Positions 29,602-40,120 of a DNA stretch of 64,000 nucleotides are shown one piece after another. The stretch is taken from contig CAWFQL010000011.1 of assembly GCA_963817915.1 (NCBI GenBank), forward strand, positions 224,001-288,000. The letters run 5' to 3'. Numbering within the stretch: position 1 is the first letter of the stretch; every line of letters starts with the position of its first letter. The stretch is from an uncultured candidate division Zixibacteria bacterium (GTDB lineage: Bacteria > Zixibacteria > MSB-5A5 > UBA10806). The notes beneath the pieces were generated by a model. The model had not been told where the DNA came from. It did not search any database and saw only the letters and a list, made by a program, of their open reading frames with translations. Made by a program: the position numbers and the translations under genes.

Positions 29602-30060
29602 GTGGTCTTAGAATCAACTCGATTTGGAACTATCACTTACAAAAAATCGGAAATTATCACAATGGTCAGGGGACTTTTGGGTTTCGATCAGTACAAGGAA
29701 TTTATTGTGGTTTCAATTAACGGCCAGGAGCCATTCAAATGGCTGCAATCATTGGAAGAACCGAATCTTGCATTTCTCATGATCGATCCGATGTCATTTA
29801 ATCCTGATTATATGGTAGAAGTAAATCCGCGCGATATAGAGATGCTCGGCGCCAAGAACCCGGAAGAAATAGCGATATTCGTGTTGGTCACTATTCCCAA
29901 CGGCCAGCCTGATAAGATGTCCGCCAATCTCCAGGGCCCGATCATTATCAATAGCAAAAACATGAATGGCGCTCAATTAGTCTTGAGCGACAGCGGATAC
30001 AATACGAGGCATTCAATATTCAAAAATATTGAAAAGACTTTGGAAGCAGTCACGGCCTGA
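29602..30060 (+). CDS. fliW: Flagellar assembly factor FliW (CsrA antagonist)
   Basis: STRFG, GLLGF, PF.WLQS.E.P.LAFL.IDP..F.PDY, MSANLQGPIIIN. Confidence 0.96.
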   Translation: MVLESTRFGTITYKKSEIITMVRGLLGFDQYKEFIVVSINGQEPFKWLQSLEEPNLAFLMIDPMSFNPDYMVEVNPRDIEMLGAKNPEEIAIFVLVTIPNGQPDKMSANLQGPIIINSKNMNGAQLVLSDSGYNTRHSIFKNIEKTLEAVTA

Positions 30061-30198
30061 TTTTCCTGAGGCCAGATTTCGTTTAGCGCAGGGTCATATC
30101 GATCCTAATGCCGGCAAAATGATTATGCTCCGGCGACAAATGATAGAAAAAAGAATAGAATTTCACATCGTAAAGATTAATTCAAGTGAGGCCTGCTA

Positions 30199-31893
30199 AT
30201 GCCGCAAATTTTAGATTCTAAGAGATCAGATACAGAGACGAGAAAAAGCCTTGCCCGCCTGCTGGAACTCGGTGAAGACGATAAAGCAGAAGTCCTTCTA
30301 AAAGAACTGCTGATTGATTCACCCGACGATGTCAGCCTTCTGAACGCAAGGGGTTCGATATTCGCCAAGAAGGGCGATCTTGATAATGCCGAGAACTTAT
30401 TTCTGCAGGCAATAAAATTGGACGGAAGCCATGCGGATTGCCATTACAATCTCGGACTATTGCACAGCCGCCAGGGACGAATTCCAGAGGCGATAGATGA
30501 TTTCTTGAAGGCTATCGAAATAAACCCCTACGATTGGGCCGCCCAGAATGACCTCGGCGTGATGTACCACAATCAGGGCAAAACACTATTGGCCAAGGGC
30601 CATTTCATTAAATCACTTGAGGCTAATCCGCTATTCAAATTTGCTTTAATAAATCTTTTCGAAATTTGCTGGGATTACGGTTCTTATTCCGAGGCGTTGT
30701 TCTGGATCGAAAAATATCTCCAGAATGTGCCAAAGGACGAAAAAGAAAATATCTCTATGAATACGTCGGAACAATCTAATGCTGTGAAGTCGGATAATAA
30801 CCCAAAGGTTGAACCCGTCATTCACCACGATACTCAGACGAAGGGATCGCTCAAGATAAAAAGAAAATCAACATCGAAAGCCGATGAGATTTTCAATAAG
30901 CATGTCCCGGCAGAACTTCAAGAAAAAAAGACCGGAATGAATATCGCGGTGGTTGCCGATTTCAATATCGCCGGCCAGTTGTCTTTGCTTTTTAGAATGA
31001 TCAATCGCTATACGGTTCATAAGGCGAGAATGGTCATTTTGCAGGGAGATTATCTTTCCTATGACAAAGATATAATTCTATCAGAAAACAAACCTGAATT
31101 GCTAAGTGAAGCATACGAAATAATCAAGAATGCCGATTTCTTTCATATTGGCAGATTCCCGGTGAATTTCGGCGATATTGATTGGAATAAAATACTCCGC
31201 CCCGATAATTCTATTTTACAGTATTACGGCTCCGAAATCAGGCAGAACGCCAGACAGATTTACGAATGGCATAAAAATAAGAAGATCGCCGGTATATCAG
31301 CCTGGGATTACACCATGCTTGAGAACGCGCCACTTTTCTACCATGTCAATATCATGTGCGATATGGCGAAAATCAGGCCATGCAAGCCGCCCAAGGATGT
31401 TGTCAGAATATGTCATCCGCCTACCAATCGGGCATTTAAGAAAACAGATTATTTCCTATCCGTAATGGAGAATCTCAAAAAGAAATATCCGGTCGAAGTT
31501 GAACTGATCGAAAAGAAATCCAATGACGAATGTCTGGAAATCAAGAGCCGATGCCATATCACATTCGATCAAATCTCGGTTGGGATATACGGACTTTCAG
31601 CGATCGAATCTATGGCAACCGGCCATGCAGTGCTTTGCGGTATGTCTAATTTCGCGTCAAGCTACCATCCGGATAATCCCATTGTTTACGTGGACGAGAA
31701 AAACTTAAGCAGTAAAATTGAATATCTTTTGAATAATAAAGAAAAGATCACATCGATCGGTAATGCCGGCAGAATATGGGCTCGTCAAAATCATGACCCG
31801 CATAAAATTATTCGCCAGTACCTCTGGATGTATGATTTGGTTAAGAATGGTCACAGGCTTGTTTCTGAGCCCGACGCCTATATTCTTAAATAG
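30199..31893 (+). CDS. TPR-repeat protein fused to a putative GT-B glycosyltransferase
   Basis: N-terminal TPRs (HYNLG.L, AQNDLGV). C-terminal H.PT.R..K.T, DQ..G.YG..AIE.MA.G..V resembles the GT-B donor-binding region. Confidence 0.75.
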   Translation: MPQILDSKRSDTETRKSLARLLELGEDDKAEVLLKELLIDSPDDVSLLNARGSIFAKKGDLDNAENLFLQAIKLDGSHADCHYNLGLLHSRQGRIPEAIDDFLKAIEINPYDWAAQNDLGVMYHNQGKTLLAKGHFIKSLEANPLFKFALINLFEICWDYGSYSEALFWIEKYLQNVPKDEKENISMNTSEQSNAVKSDNNPKVEPVIHHDTQTKGSLKIKRKSTSKADEIFNKHVPAELQEKKTGMNIAVVADFNIAGQLSLLFRMINRYTVHKARMVILQGDYLSYDKDIILSENKPELLSEAYEIIKNADFFHIGRFPVNFGDIDWNKILRPDNSILQYYGSEIRQNARQIYEWHKNKKIAGISAWDYTMLENAPLFYHVNIMCDMAKIRPCKPPKDVVRICHPPTNRAFKKTDYFLSVMENLKKKYPVEVELIEKKSNDECLEIKSRCHITFDQISVGIYGLSAIESMATGHAVLCGMSNFASSYHPDNPIVYVDEKNLSSKIEYLLNNKEKITSIGNAGRIWARQNHDPHKIIRQYLWMYDLVKNGHRLVSEPDAYILK

Positions 31894-31901
31894 GAGGAAT
31901 T

Positions 31902-32894
31902 TTGAGTATCATAGGTAAAAGGATTTTTATATCGGGTGGAGCCGGTTTTATCGGATCAGCCCTGACTTCCCGTCTCATAGACAAAAACGATGTCGTTATA
32001 TACGATAATTTCCGAAGGAACAGCCTGAAGAACTGGCGATTGGAAAACCATCCCAATTTGAAAATTGTCGAAGGTGATATTCTCGATCTCGATAAGATTC
32101 GCCAGCATATTGCAGATTCCGACATTGTAGTTCATCTGGCCGCTATCGCGGGTATAGATACGGTAATCAAATCGCCTATTACTACCATGAAGGTAAATCT
32201 CATGGGGACATTCAATATGCTGGAAGCGGCGTCGGAATTGAAGAATGTCAAACGATTTATCGATTTCTCGACCTCCGAGGTTTTTGGTAGTTATGCTTTC
32301 CGATCTGAGGAAGGCGACTCCACATCGCTTGGCGCGGTCGGTAATGCCCGTTGGACATATGCCGTTTCAAAGCTGGCGGGCGAGCACATGAATTATAGCT
32401 ATTTTTCCGAACGGGGATTGCCAACCGTGTCGGTAAGACCATTTAATATCTACGGTCCCGGGCAAGTCGGCGAAGGCGCGGTACATCATTTCGTAACCAG
32501 AGCGCTAAAGGGCGAAAATTTGGTTGTTAGAGGAAATGGCGATCAGATTCGTTCCTGGTGCTATATCGATGACATCATCGACGGCATATTATTAGCGATT
32601 GAAAATGATAAAGCTGTCGGCCAGAGTTTCAATATCGGTAACCCCCGCGGCACTGTCACTATATACGGTTTGGCCCTGGCGGTCATCCGAGTAACATATT
32701 CGCAATCAAAAATAATATTCGCGCCGAAGACTGAAGCCGATGTTGAATTGCGAATTCCCAATATTGATAAGGCTTGTTCAATATTAAACTTTCAACCTAA
32801 GGTCGATCTTGAAGACGGCCTTAAGAAAACCGCTGATTGGTATTATGACAAAATCAATTCAAATACCGCTCGTGAAGCCGCGCTTGTCGGCTGA
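31902..32894 (+). CDS. NAD-dependent nucleotide-sugar epimerase/dehydratase (extended SDR)
   Basis: GGAGFIG, HLAA, STSEVFG, YxxxK (YAVSK), RPFNIYGPGQ, G.Q.R.WCYIDD. Confidence 0.93.
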   Translation: MSIIGKRIFISGGAGFIGSALTSRLIDKNDVVIYDNFRRNSLKNWRLENHPNLKIVEGDILDLDKIRQHIADSDIVVHLAAIAGIDTVIKSPITTMKVNLMGTFNMLEAASELKNVKRFIDFSTSEVFGSYAFRSEEGDSTSLGAVGNARWTYAVSKLAGEHMNYSYFSERGLPTVSVRPFNIYGPGQVGEGAVHHFVTRALKGENLVVRGNGDQIRSWCYIDDIIDGILLAIENDKAVGQSFNIGNPRGTVTIYGLALAVIRVTYSQSKIIFAPKTEADVELRIPNIDKACSILNFQPKVDLEDGLKKTADWYYDKINSNTAREAALVG

Positions 32895-33997
32895 TGATAT
32901 TAACGCCGCTGTAAATGTCCTAAAATCCGGCCAATTGATTTGCGGGCCGGTGGTCAAGGAATTCGAACAGCATCTGGCCGATTATTTAAATACTGCCGAT
33001 GTGGTTTGCGTCTCATCGGGTACCGCTGCCCTGCATCTCGGTTTGATATCTCTTGGAATCGGCAAAGGCGATGAAGTTATAGTGCCTGCATTCAGCTACC
33101 CAGCGAGCGCGAATGCTGTCGAATTAACCGGCGCGCGGCCGATATTTATTGATTCCGAGCCCGGCGGATTTAATATCGATTATAAAAATATCGAAAATAA
33201 GATCACTACTCGAACTAAAGCCATAATGGTAGTTCACAATTTCGGCTGGCCTGTTGAAATCGACAAAATAAAAAGTATTGCTGCTAAATATCATCTTCCT
33301 GTTTTCGAGGATGCAGCCTGTGCTTTGGGCGCATCGGTTAATGATGTCCCATGCGGCAGGCTGGGGCAAATCGCCGCCTTCAGTTTTCATCCGCGCAAAA
33401 TATTGACTACAGGTGAGGGCGGGGCTATTGCTACAAATGATTCGACAATCGCTGCTAAAATCAGGCAGCTTCGAAATCATGGCCAGATTTATGATCCCAA
33501 ACCGATATTCGAACTGGCCGGATTTAATTACAGGCTGACCGAATTCCAGGCCGCTCTTGGCTTGAAGCAGCTTGAAAGACTTGAATCGACACTAAAGGAA
33601 CGTCGCTCGGCAGCGGAATATTATACCAAAAATCTAAAACATATCGAGCATGTTCGAGTTCCAGTCATCTAAAGATGGCGTTAAGCCCAATTACCAGACC
33701 TATGTGGTTTATGTGAAAGATGGGAATAGAGATTCGTTGATAAATCACATGAAAGAAAAGGGTATCGAAGCAGGAATTGGAACTTACTCAATTCCCCATA
33801 TAAATTTTTACACTAAAAAGTACGGTTTTAGCGAATTTGATTTTCATAATTCGCGTATCGCTTATGAGACTCTAATGAGCTTGCCGCTATTCGAGGGAAT
33901 AACAACATCAGAGCAAGATCGAGTAATTGAGGCTATCGGTTCGTTCAAACTTAAAAAAGTAAATACAACTGACCATAGCGCAGTAAATATATCGTAA
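32845..33997 (+). CDS. DegT/DnrJ/EryC1/StrS PLP-dependent sugar aminotransferase; split by a +1 indel near 33652-33660
   Basis: VSSGTAALHL, GDEVIVP, TKAIMVVH, EDAACALG, FSFHPRK.LTTGEGG, GFNYRL...QAALG; the C-terminal LSLPL lies in ORF 33650..33997. Confidence 0.93.
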
Positions 33998-34024
33998 TTA
34001 TTATTTCGACTAAATCAGGGTAAT

Positions 34025-34621
34025 TTGCATATGTCAGGATATTCATCTAAGCAAAAAGAACGACAAACACGGCGAACAATGCCAAAACTTGAGGACCAAA
34101 CTCGATTTTTATCATTGGCTCAGATAAGTTTTCAGAAGGGCAAATACTCGCTGGTAATCGACTACTGCCGTCAAGTGGCTGATAATGCTCTAATTGCCAA
34201 ATGGAATGATCTCGCGTTAGAGGCTTATTATCTCTGGTGTCTTTCGGATATCAAATTAAGGCGGTTCGATGATGCCCGCAAGATATGCTACGATGCCAGA
34301 AGCAAGCTCGGCAATAGTATCGAGATGGTCCATATCGAATTGATGATCGCTGTCGAAAGCAATGATTCCGATAAAATCCTTCGTTTCGCCCAGGGCTTTA
34401 TGGAACTCTGGAATAATTTATCCAAAGACGATGCCCGTGACAAAACAAGAATGTATGATAAGGCCGCTGAAGTATTGCTGATCTGGGCTAGAGCCCTGGA
34501 AAAGCTGAATAATATTAATGAGGCTTGCAAGATTTATGAAAGATATTTAGCAATTTGCCCTAACGATGAAATCAAAAGACATATGACTGAATTAACCAAT
34601 AAGAACACGAACAACTCCTAA
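34025..34621 (+). CDS. TPR-like alpha-helical hypothetical protein
   Basis: Helical repeats such as A.AL..L...EA..YE.YL...P; start uncertain (34025/34031/34079). Confidence 0.6.
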   Translation: MHMSGYSSKQKERQTRRTMPKLEDQTRFLSLAQISFQKGKYSLVIDYCRQVADNALIAKWNDLALEAYYLWCLSDIKLRRFDDARKICYDARSKLGNSIEMVHIELMIAVESNDSDKILRFAQGFMELWNNLSKDDARDKTRMYDKAAEVLLIWARALEKLNNINEACKIYERYLAICPNDEIKRHMTELTNKNTNNS

Positions 34622-34636
34622 TAATCAGAGAAGAAT

Positions 34637-37448
34637 ATGGCCAAGAGAAAAACTAATAAGAAAAGCAAATCGGTGAATTTGAATATCGACGATATAAATC
34701 AATTGGCCAAGGGATTTTCGGCCTCGACCACAGCAATAAAGAGCGATAAATATTTTGTCAATATATTGAATAAGGCAAAATCCTCGGGCGATCTGGCGTT
34801 GATAGCGTCGACTTATTTTGACTGGGCGATGAATTATTCCAATCAAAATGACGGTCCCAATATGCTGGAAACAGTGGTCCAAGCGAGGAAGAGCCTGGGT
34901 GATTATCTGGATTCATATTTTATGGAGACTCTGGCCAATTATTTAATGAGAAACTATCGCGAAGGTATTAAACTCTGCCGATCAATATTTGGCCAAGCGA
35001 GGCGCGATCGACCCGGATCAAAAAAAATACCTGCGCCAGACATATGATTTTGTCGGCGATCTACTCTGGGTTGCGGCCGATTCGGCCAGAAATATCGGCG
35101 AATTCAATTTATCATTCGAATATCAGGGGAAATCCATCGAAATGGAACCCCATAATCATTACAGACGTTTTGTATACGCATCTAATCTCGGCAAGGACGG
35201 CAGAATCGATGACGCAATCGAAGTCCTCAACGACGGTCTGCGCAAATATCCTCATGAATTGGCGTTTGAAAATTGCAAAGCCCTGGTTTATGGCGATGCT
35301 GAAATATATGAAAAGGCGTTCGAAGTCCTGGACAATGTTTTGCGGATCAGGCCCAATGATGTCGATGCTATCATAAACTACGGAGTTATTTTCGAGAAAA
35401 AAGGGGAGTACGAAAGTTCGGAAGAATATTTCCAAAAAGCGCTCGCAATCGATCCGACCCATGAAGTCGCTATAGCAAATCTTAAGAACCTTCATGACAA
35501 TATCGATTCCAAGCCTCAGAAGATATCTCTCTGCATGATTGTCAAAGACGAAGAGCACTTTCTTCCCGGATGCCTTAAATCTGTCCAGGGTCTAATAGAC
35601 GAATTGATTGTTGTCGATACCGGTTCGACTGATAGAACCATGGAAATCGCCCGCGAATATGGAGCCAAAATCTATCAGCATCCATGGCAGAATGATTTTT
35701 CATTCCATCGCAATCAATCGATGTCGTACGCTACCGGCGATTGGATTTTGATCCTTGATGCCGATGAAGAACTCGATCCATCCGAACATGAGATGATCAG
35801 AAGTTCGATTAAGCGAAAAAACATATACGCTATTTCATTCGTGGTTTATAATAAAATACAGCATGGCAGAACCGGCTTTCTTAATTCCCATAGAATGTTC
35901 CGCAACGGCAGGGGTTATCATTATTCGGGTATTGTCCATAATCAATTAATCATGGACGATACCTATTTCTCCAGCCAGTTCAAGGTTTACCATCACGGAT
36001 ATGGATTATCCGATGAGCAGATGAACGCCAAGGGGAGAAGGACGGAAGCTCTCCTAAAGAAGCAATTGGAAGAAAATCCCGATAATGCTTTTGCTCATTT
36101 CAATCTGGCCCAAATCTATCGCGGTCTCGGCGATCCGGAATCGAGCCTTCGCCATTCTACGCGCGTAACGGAATTGTTAAGTCCGGAAAGCAAAGATCGC
36201 CTGCATGTTTATATTATGGCGTTGGATCAGATGGGTTGCGCTTATGTCGGTCTGAAACAAATCGACAAAGCTAAAGAGACCTTTTATAAAGCGTTGGAAC
36301 TCAAGCCTGATTATCTCGATCCACTATTCAATTTGGGTTACGTTTACGCGCAAGGCGGTGAGTTCGATAAATCCGATGAAGTGTTCAATCGCTATTTAAA
36401 TGTCCGGAAAAGCTTTTCGGCTCATCATGAATGGATGGGGCTGATTCTAAATAACCTCAACAGCCAATTCGCCGCTTATTATGGTCTTGGGCTTTCTCAA
36501 ATGCACCGGAATAATATCGATAAAGCCATCGAGAATTTTAATACGGTCGTAGAGCTTGTCGGCGATTTCGAATTCACTCATCATCTTCTGGCAAGATGCT
36601 ACCGCCAGAAAAAGGATCATACTAAAATCATAATCCACTGCGAAAAGGCGATAGAGCACGGACATGAAGACGCCGAAATTTATATCATTAAAGGTGAAGC
36701 ATACCTTAATCTGGGTGAATCGACAAAGGCTACAGAATGTTTTGATAAGGCAAAAGAATTGGATACAAGTAATTTCGCGTCGCATCTCGGACTTGCTTCC
36801 GCGGCTTCTCTCGATGGAAAATACGACGAAGCGTTGAAGCTTGTCGATGATGCTTTGCGGGTCTCTCCAAATTCGCCTCAGGCGCTGGCCGCGAGAGGAG
36901 ACTTGCTTTATCGTGAAGGCAATTTTGATAACGCTGCCGAAAGCTATAAGAATCAATCTCTGGCTTCTCCGCAGGACCCCGGATCGTGGAATAATCTTGG
37001 CAATTGTTTTATCAAACAAAACAATTTCGCGTCGGCGGAAGAATGCTATAGAATGACCCTCAAAATCGCCCCGAATTTTGGAATCGGCTACAGAAATCTC
37101 GCGGTCACTATGATCAAACGAAACAAGATCGACGAGGCAATTTCGTATTTCGAAAAATATCTTACATTCAATTCAGGCGATTTCGAAGCCCAGGTAACCC
37201 TGGCCGATCTTTTCTACAATCGCAAAGAATACTGGAAATCAATTCCATATTATGAGAATTTTATTAGAAGAAATCCAAGTCAAATCGATGCCCTGCTTAG
37301 ACTTTCGGACTGTTATTTCAATCTGGGGAAGCTCGACGCGGCGGTAATGGGATATAATGCCGTCTTGAAAGTAAATTCGGAGAATCAGGTGGCTACGACA
37401 AGACTTGCGGATATTAATGGATATAAATCTCCGGTAACGTCTCGCTGA
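34637..37448 (+). CDS. TPR-GT2 glycosyltransferase-TPR protein; split by a +1 indel near 34972-34978 (ORFs 34637..35047 and 34989..37448)
   Basis: GT2 core ISLCMIVKDEE..L..CL.S, IVVDTGS.D.T, W.NDFS..RN, WILILDADE (DxD), HHGY, flanked by many TPRs. Confidence 0.9.
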
Positions 37449-37481
37449 TTTTTCCCGCTGTTACAAATTCATAAATATCAC

Positions 37482-37509
37482 TAAAGTCCGACACTTTCGG
37501 TGTCGAAAA
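37482..37509 (+). promoter_or_regulatory. Sigma28-type promoter of fliC
   Basis: TAAAG then 16 nt to GTCGAAAA, ~140 nt upstream of the fliC start. Confidence 0.65.
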
Positions 37510-37529
37510 TATAGCAGAGAATTTGAAAT

Positions 37530-37646
37530 CCTTAGAGGATCATATTTTAGATAGAGGAGGTGAATCACACAACATCCCATCATTTTAGGTGGAATTAAAC
37601 CATTACTGACAAGGAAAGGTCAGTAAAATTTCAAGGAGGAACTTCA
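37530..37646 (+). promoter_or_regulatory. fliC 5' leader with multiple GGA motifs (putative CsrA-binding sites)
   Basis: Hairpin TTACTGAC-AAGGAAAG-GTCAGTAA (37603-37626) with AAGGA in the loop, followed by CAAGGAGGA at the SD; further AGAGGA motifs upstream; csrA and fliW are in the same cluster. Confidence 0.75.
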
Positions 37647-39902
37647 ATGGCATTACGTATCAACCACAACATTACAGCCTTGGATGCTTGGCGTAATTTG
37701 ACAGTTACAACAGGCAAAATGGCCAGCTCAATGGAGAAATTGTCGTCCGGTTACAGAGTAAACAGAGCCGCCGACGACCCAGCCGGATTAGTTATATCCG
37801 AGCAATTCCGCGCGCAGATCGCCGGATTGAATCGCGCCGTCCAGAACTCTGAGGCGAGCATCAATATGATTCAGACCGCTGAAGGCGCACTGAATGAAAT
37901 TAACAACCTTTTGGTCGGTATGAGAGAACTCGCTATTCACGCCGCTAACGAGGGTGTTAATGATGTCAACCAGTTGGCTGCTGACCAGGCTGAAATTACG
38001 AACGCAATAAGCACAATTGACAGAATCGCTGCCAATACTCAGTTTGGCACAAAGAAATTGCTCGATGGTTCTGCTGCCAACGCGGCCGCAATCACCACCA
38101 GCAATACTTCCAGACTGGCTACAACCGATTCTCAGTTGGTCGCTGGCGTTCACAGCGTATCATCCGTGCTTCTGACCGAATCGTCCTCGACGATCGATGT
38201 CACCAGCTTCGGGGTCAATTCACCAGCCGGTTCTTATAACTTGGCCGATGGCGTTCATAACGTCGACGTCGTCCAGGCTTCTTCCGGCGCGGTGAAGGTT
38301 GGAAATGCAATAAGCGCGCTCGATGCTTGGGGAAATGGCCTTTCAGTAACAGGTACAGCCGCATCTATCAGAGAAGCTTATGTCAGAGCAACATCCAACT
38401 TCACAACTTTGGCCGACAATAACCAGTATACCATTACATTCCAGCTCAACTATCAGGAAGCGGGATCAAGTGCAGTCGGAATGCAGACCTTGACCCTCAG
38501 GACCGCAGCGGTTGCCTCCGGTAACCTCGCGACTGAAATTGTCTCCAAGTTGAATAGCGCTATCAATGCCAACACTTACCTTGCTGGCAAATTGACAGCC
38601 ACAGTCACCGCTGGCGCTCCAGACGCAATTAGAATTCGTTCGACCAGCACCGGCACCAGCTATTCATTAGCTACCGGCACAGTGACTTCCTCCAATGCTA
38701 CCGTTCAGTCGGCATTGCAGGGCTTAGCCAATCTCGACGATCGCGGTCGTTCAAGCAACTTGCTGTCAATCACAGCTCAGTTTGCTTCCAGCTCGACCTT
38801 GATCGATGCTTTCACGAAGACTGCTACCTTCGCAATCGGAACCGGTACATTCTCAACATTGACGACATTAGTCGCGTCAATCAACTCCAAATTGGCTCAA
38901 GCTGCCAACTTTGGTACCTATAATGATACCGCGACCGGCCAGATGAATAAAGTCTATGCTACGATCGTCGCCGAAGGCGGTCTTAACAAGATCAAATTAT
39001 TCACCATGGACGAAGGTTCGAAGTTCTCGTTGAAGCTCAACATGACCGGTACCGGCACTCCTACCGCTCTCTATCAGTCTCTTGGCCTTTCTGTCGATAA
39101 TATCGCCAACAAGGGTCTTGACGCTATAGTGAGATTCGACGGTTACAACAATAACATCAGCGACGTTCGCTATTTCTACACCGCAGCCAGCTATACCAAT
39201 AGCAGCCAGACAATCTACACATCGGCTGATACCGAATCTCGCGGTTCAGTCACGATGACTGTAGCTTCCGGCCAGACCAATGGCGGCATCAATATTGGCA
39301 AGATGTTGCTCTCAGTCAAAGCCAGAACCTACTCAGTCAGATTAGATGGTGGCGACGAGACAGTCGTGACAGCGGGCAAGGAAATGACCGTATTCAACTC
39401 TCAGCGCGACCAGAGCATCAAGGTCAAATACTCGCTGAAGTCTGATGGCGGTTCAGAGCAGCTGTATGTTACCGATCGTAGCCTCGTATTCCAAATCGGC
39501 GGTAATGTCGGCCAGACCGGCAAGATTGGTTTGCCGAATCTTTCTTCCAGCTATCTCGGTCAGAATGTGGAAAATAACACATTCAGCAGCCTTTCCGAAA
39601 TCAATGTTACCTCGGCTTCCAGCGCTCAATTCGCTCAGAGCGTTATTGACCAGGCGATCAACGACGTTACCAACGTTCGTGGTAGATTGGGATCCTTCCA
39701 GAAGAACACTCTGGAATCGAACCTGACCAACCTCAGAATCGCCGCCCAGAACCTGACCTCAGCCGAATCTTCGATCCGCGACACCGATATGGCGAAAGAA
39801 ATGTCCGAGTACGTCAGATACCAGATCTTAATGCAAGCTGGTACCTCGATGTTAGCTCAGGGCAACCAGATTCCTCAAACAGTACTTTCACTCTTCAGAT
39901 AA
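37647..39902 (+). CDS. fliC: Flagellin (751 aa, large Ser/Thr-rich variable region)
   Basis: MALRINHN, EKLSSGYRVNRAADDPAGL.ISE, QTAEGAL.E, TQFG.K.LLDG; C-terminal RG.LG..Q, NL..AES.IRDTDMA.EM, QAG.SML.Q.N..P. Confidence 0.98.
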   Translation: MALRINHNITALDAWRNLTVTTGKMASSMEKLSSGYRVNRAADDPAGLVISEQFRAQIAGLNRAVQNSEASINMIQTAEGALNEINNLLVGMRELAIHAANEGVNDVNQLAADQAEITNAISTIDRIAANTQFGTKKLLDGSAANAAAITTSNTSRLATTDSQLVAGVHSVSSVLLTESSSTIDVTSFGVNSPAGSYNLADGVHNVDVVQASSGAVKVGNAISALDAWGNGLSVTGTAASIREAYVRATSNFTTLADNNQYTITFQLNYQEAGSSAVGMQTLTLRTAAVASGNLATEIVSKLNSAINANTYLAGKLTATVTAGAPDAIRIRSTSTGTSYSLATGTVTSSNATVQSALQGLANLDDRGRSSNLLSITAQFASSSTLIDAFTKTATFAIGTGTFSTLTTLVASINSKLAQAANFGTYNDTATGQMNKVYATIVAEGGLNKIKLFTMDEGSKFSLKLNMTGTGTPTALYQSLGLSVDNIANKGLDAIVRFDGYNNNISDVRYFYTAASYTNSSQTIYTSADTESRGSVTMTVASGQTNGGINIGKMLLSVKARTYSVRLDGGDETVVTAGKEMTVFNSQRDQSIKVKYSLKSDGGSEQLYVTDRSLVFQIGGNVGQTGKIGLPNLSSSYLGQNVENNTFSSLSEINVTSASSAQFAQSVIDQAINDVTNVRGRLGSFQKNTLESNLTNLRIAAQNLTSAESSIRDTDMAKEMSEYVRYQILMQAGTSMLAQGNQIPQTVLSLFR

Positions 39903-39916
39903 ATCTGGATCAATTT

Positions 39917-39950
39917 GGGGGGATGGCAAAACCATCCCCCTTTTTTATTT
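39917..39950 (+). terminator. Rho-independent terminator after fliC
   Basis: GGGGGATGG-caaaa-CCATCCCCC followed by TTTTTTATTT. Confidence 0.88.
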
Positions 39951-40000
39951 CTGACTGCAATTTTCATTCCTAAAAATTCATAAGATAAGCCCCAACAAGC

Positions 40001-40027
40001 TAATAAATCAGCGTCTTATTCCGATAA
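40001..40027 (+). promoter_or_regulatory. Probable sigma28-type promoter of fliD-fliS
   Basis: TAAT-N15-TCCGATAA, after the fliC terminator and ~95 nt before fliD. Confidence 0.5.
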
Positions 40028-40120
40028 TATCAATATGAAGGATCAGTCCGCTTGGACTCGCAGATTTATTTCCGTCAAAAACGGAAATCATATGTTAATT
40101 AGATCTTAGGGGGTTCCCAA

